Of a DNA stretch of 64,000 nt, positions 63,423 to 64,000 are shown piece by piece (the stretch's first letter is position 1; every line of letters starts with the position of its first letter). The stretch spans positions 2,304,001 through 2,368,000 of the forward strand of contig CAVZJV010000014.1 of assembly GCA_963775685.1 (NCBI GenBank), in the 5' to 3' direction. Source of the stretch: Candidatus Bathyarchaeota archaeon (lineage in GTDB: Archaea; Thermoproteota; Bathyarchaeia; Bathyarchaeales; Bathycorpusculaceae). The notes under the pieces are model-generated. The model saw only the letters and a list, made by a program, of their open reading frames with translations. It ran no database searches and was not told the origin of the DNA. The position numbers and the translations under genes were made by a program.

Positions 63423-63905
63423 ATGGCCAAAGAAACTCAAATTAAGCAAATACAAAAAGACGAAGAGATAGAAGAATTGGTAACGATGCCCGAAGAACAA
63501 GCTGGAACAGAAGAAGTTCTCGAAGAAATAGCACCAGCAAAAGAAGAAGCACCAGAAGAGATCGCAAAGCAAGCTGCCCCAAAGAAAAAGAAGAAAGAAG
63601 AAGAAATCGTTGAAGAAAGATTCTACACCATCCCCCTCCAGAAAGCACTGGTTCGACCACCAAAGAAACGTGCTCCACGTGCCATGCAACTAATCAAAAT
63701 CTTTGTCACCAAGCATATGAAGCTTGAAATGAAAGTTTCTGAGGAAGAGGAAGAAGAAGAATTACCTCAACTTGTCATCAGTAAAGAAGTTAACGAGAAA
63801 GTTTGGGACAGAGGAATCGAGAAGCCTCCGCGCAAAATCAAGACACGCGTAACTAAGGACAAAGACGGCAACGTAACCGTCTACTTGGCTGAAACCAAAC
63901 AATAA
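63423..63905 (+). CDS. rpl31e: 50S ribosomal protein L31e with acidic N-terminal extension
   Basis: ERFYTIPL, KRAPRAM, VNEKVWDRGIEKPPRKI. Confidence 0.95.
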   Translation: MAKETQIKQIQKDEEIEELVTMPEEQAGTEEVLEEIAPAKEEAPEEIAKQAAPKKKKKEEEIVEERFYTIPLQKALVRPPKKRAPRAMQLIKIFVTKHMKLEMKVSEEEEEEELPQLVISKEVNEKVWDRGIEKPPRKIKTRVTKDKDGNVTVYLAETKQ

Positions 63906-64000
63906 CCCCTTTTCCTTCAATTTTGCATTTTATTTTTATATGTTAACCACAAGCTAAAATAGGAAGAACAAAGACACTTTTCGCCCACAATATCTCATAT

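Noticed and set aside
1-64000. CRISPR array, rRNA, IS transposase
   Set aside because: No regularly spaced direct repeats, rRNA-like segments or transposase motifs seen by eye

Overview
Archaeal chromosomal window, most likely Bathyarchaeia. This is inferred from the archaeal rpp21-yhbY-S19e-PDCD5-L39e-L31e cluster and from the large beta-propeller surface proteins with C-terminal TM-LRKR anchors. From left to right it contains: an SPFH gene and small ORFs; two tandem ~870-aa PQQ-like beta-propeller surface proteins flanked by three Lrp/AsnC genes; a minus-strand operon of SNF2 helicase (YqhH-like), Cys-rich YqhG-like protein and Mrr-like nuclease; an orphan pair of contractile-injection-system tube genes; a complete bacterial-type NHEJ set (LigD Pol, Ku, an unusual Lig-PE fusion, DUF72) with a divergent SSB; a ~32 kb surface-glycosylation island (GT2/GT4/GT-C, DUF3131, FkbM, GME-like, UXS, GalU, Ugd, flippase, rml genes); and the ribosomal protein cluster. 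Several otherwise intact genes carry single-base frameshifts, mostly at CTAG sites. No rRNA, tRNA, CRISPR array or intact transposase was recognised. All family calls come from motifs read by eye, not from database searches.
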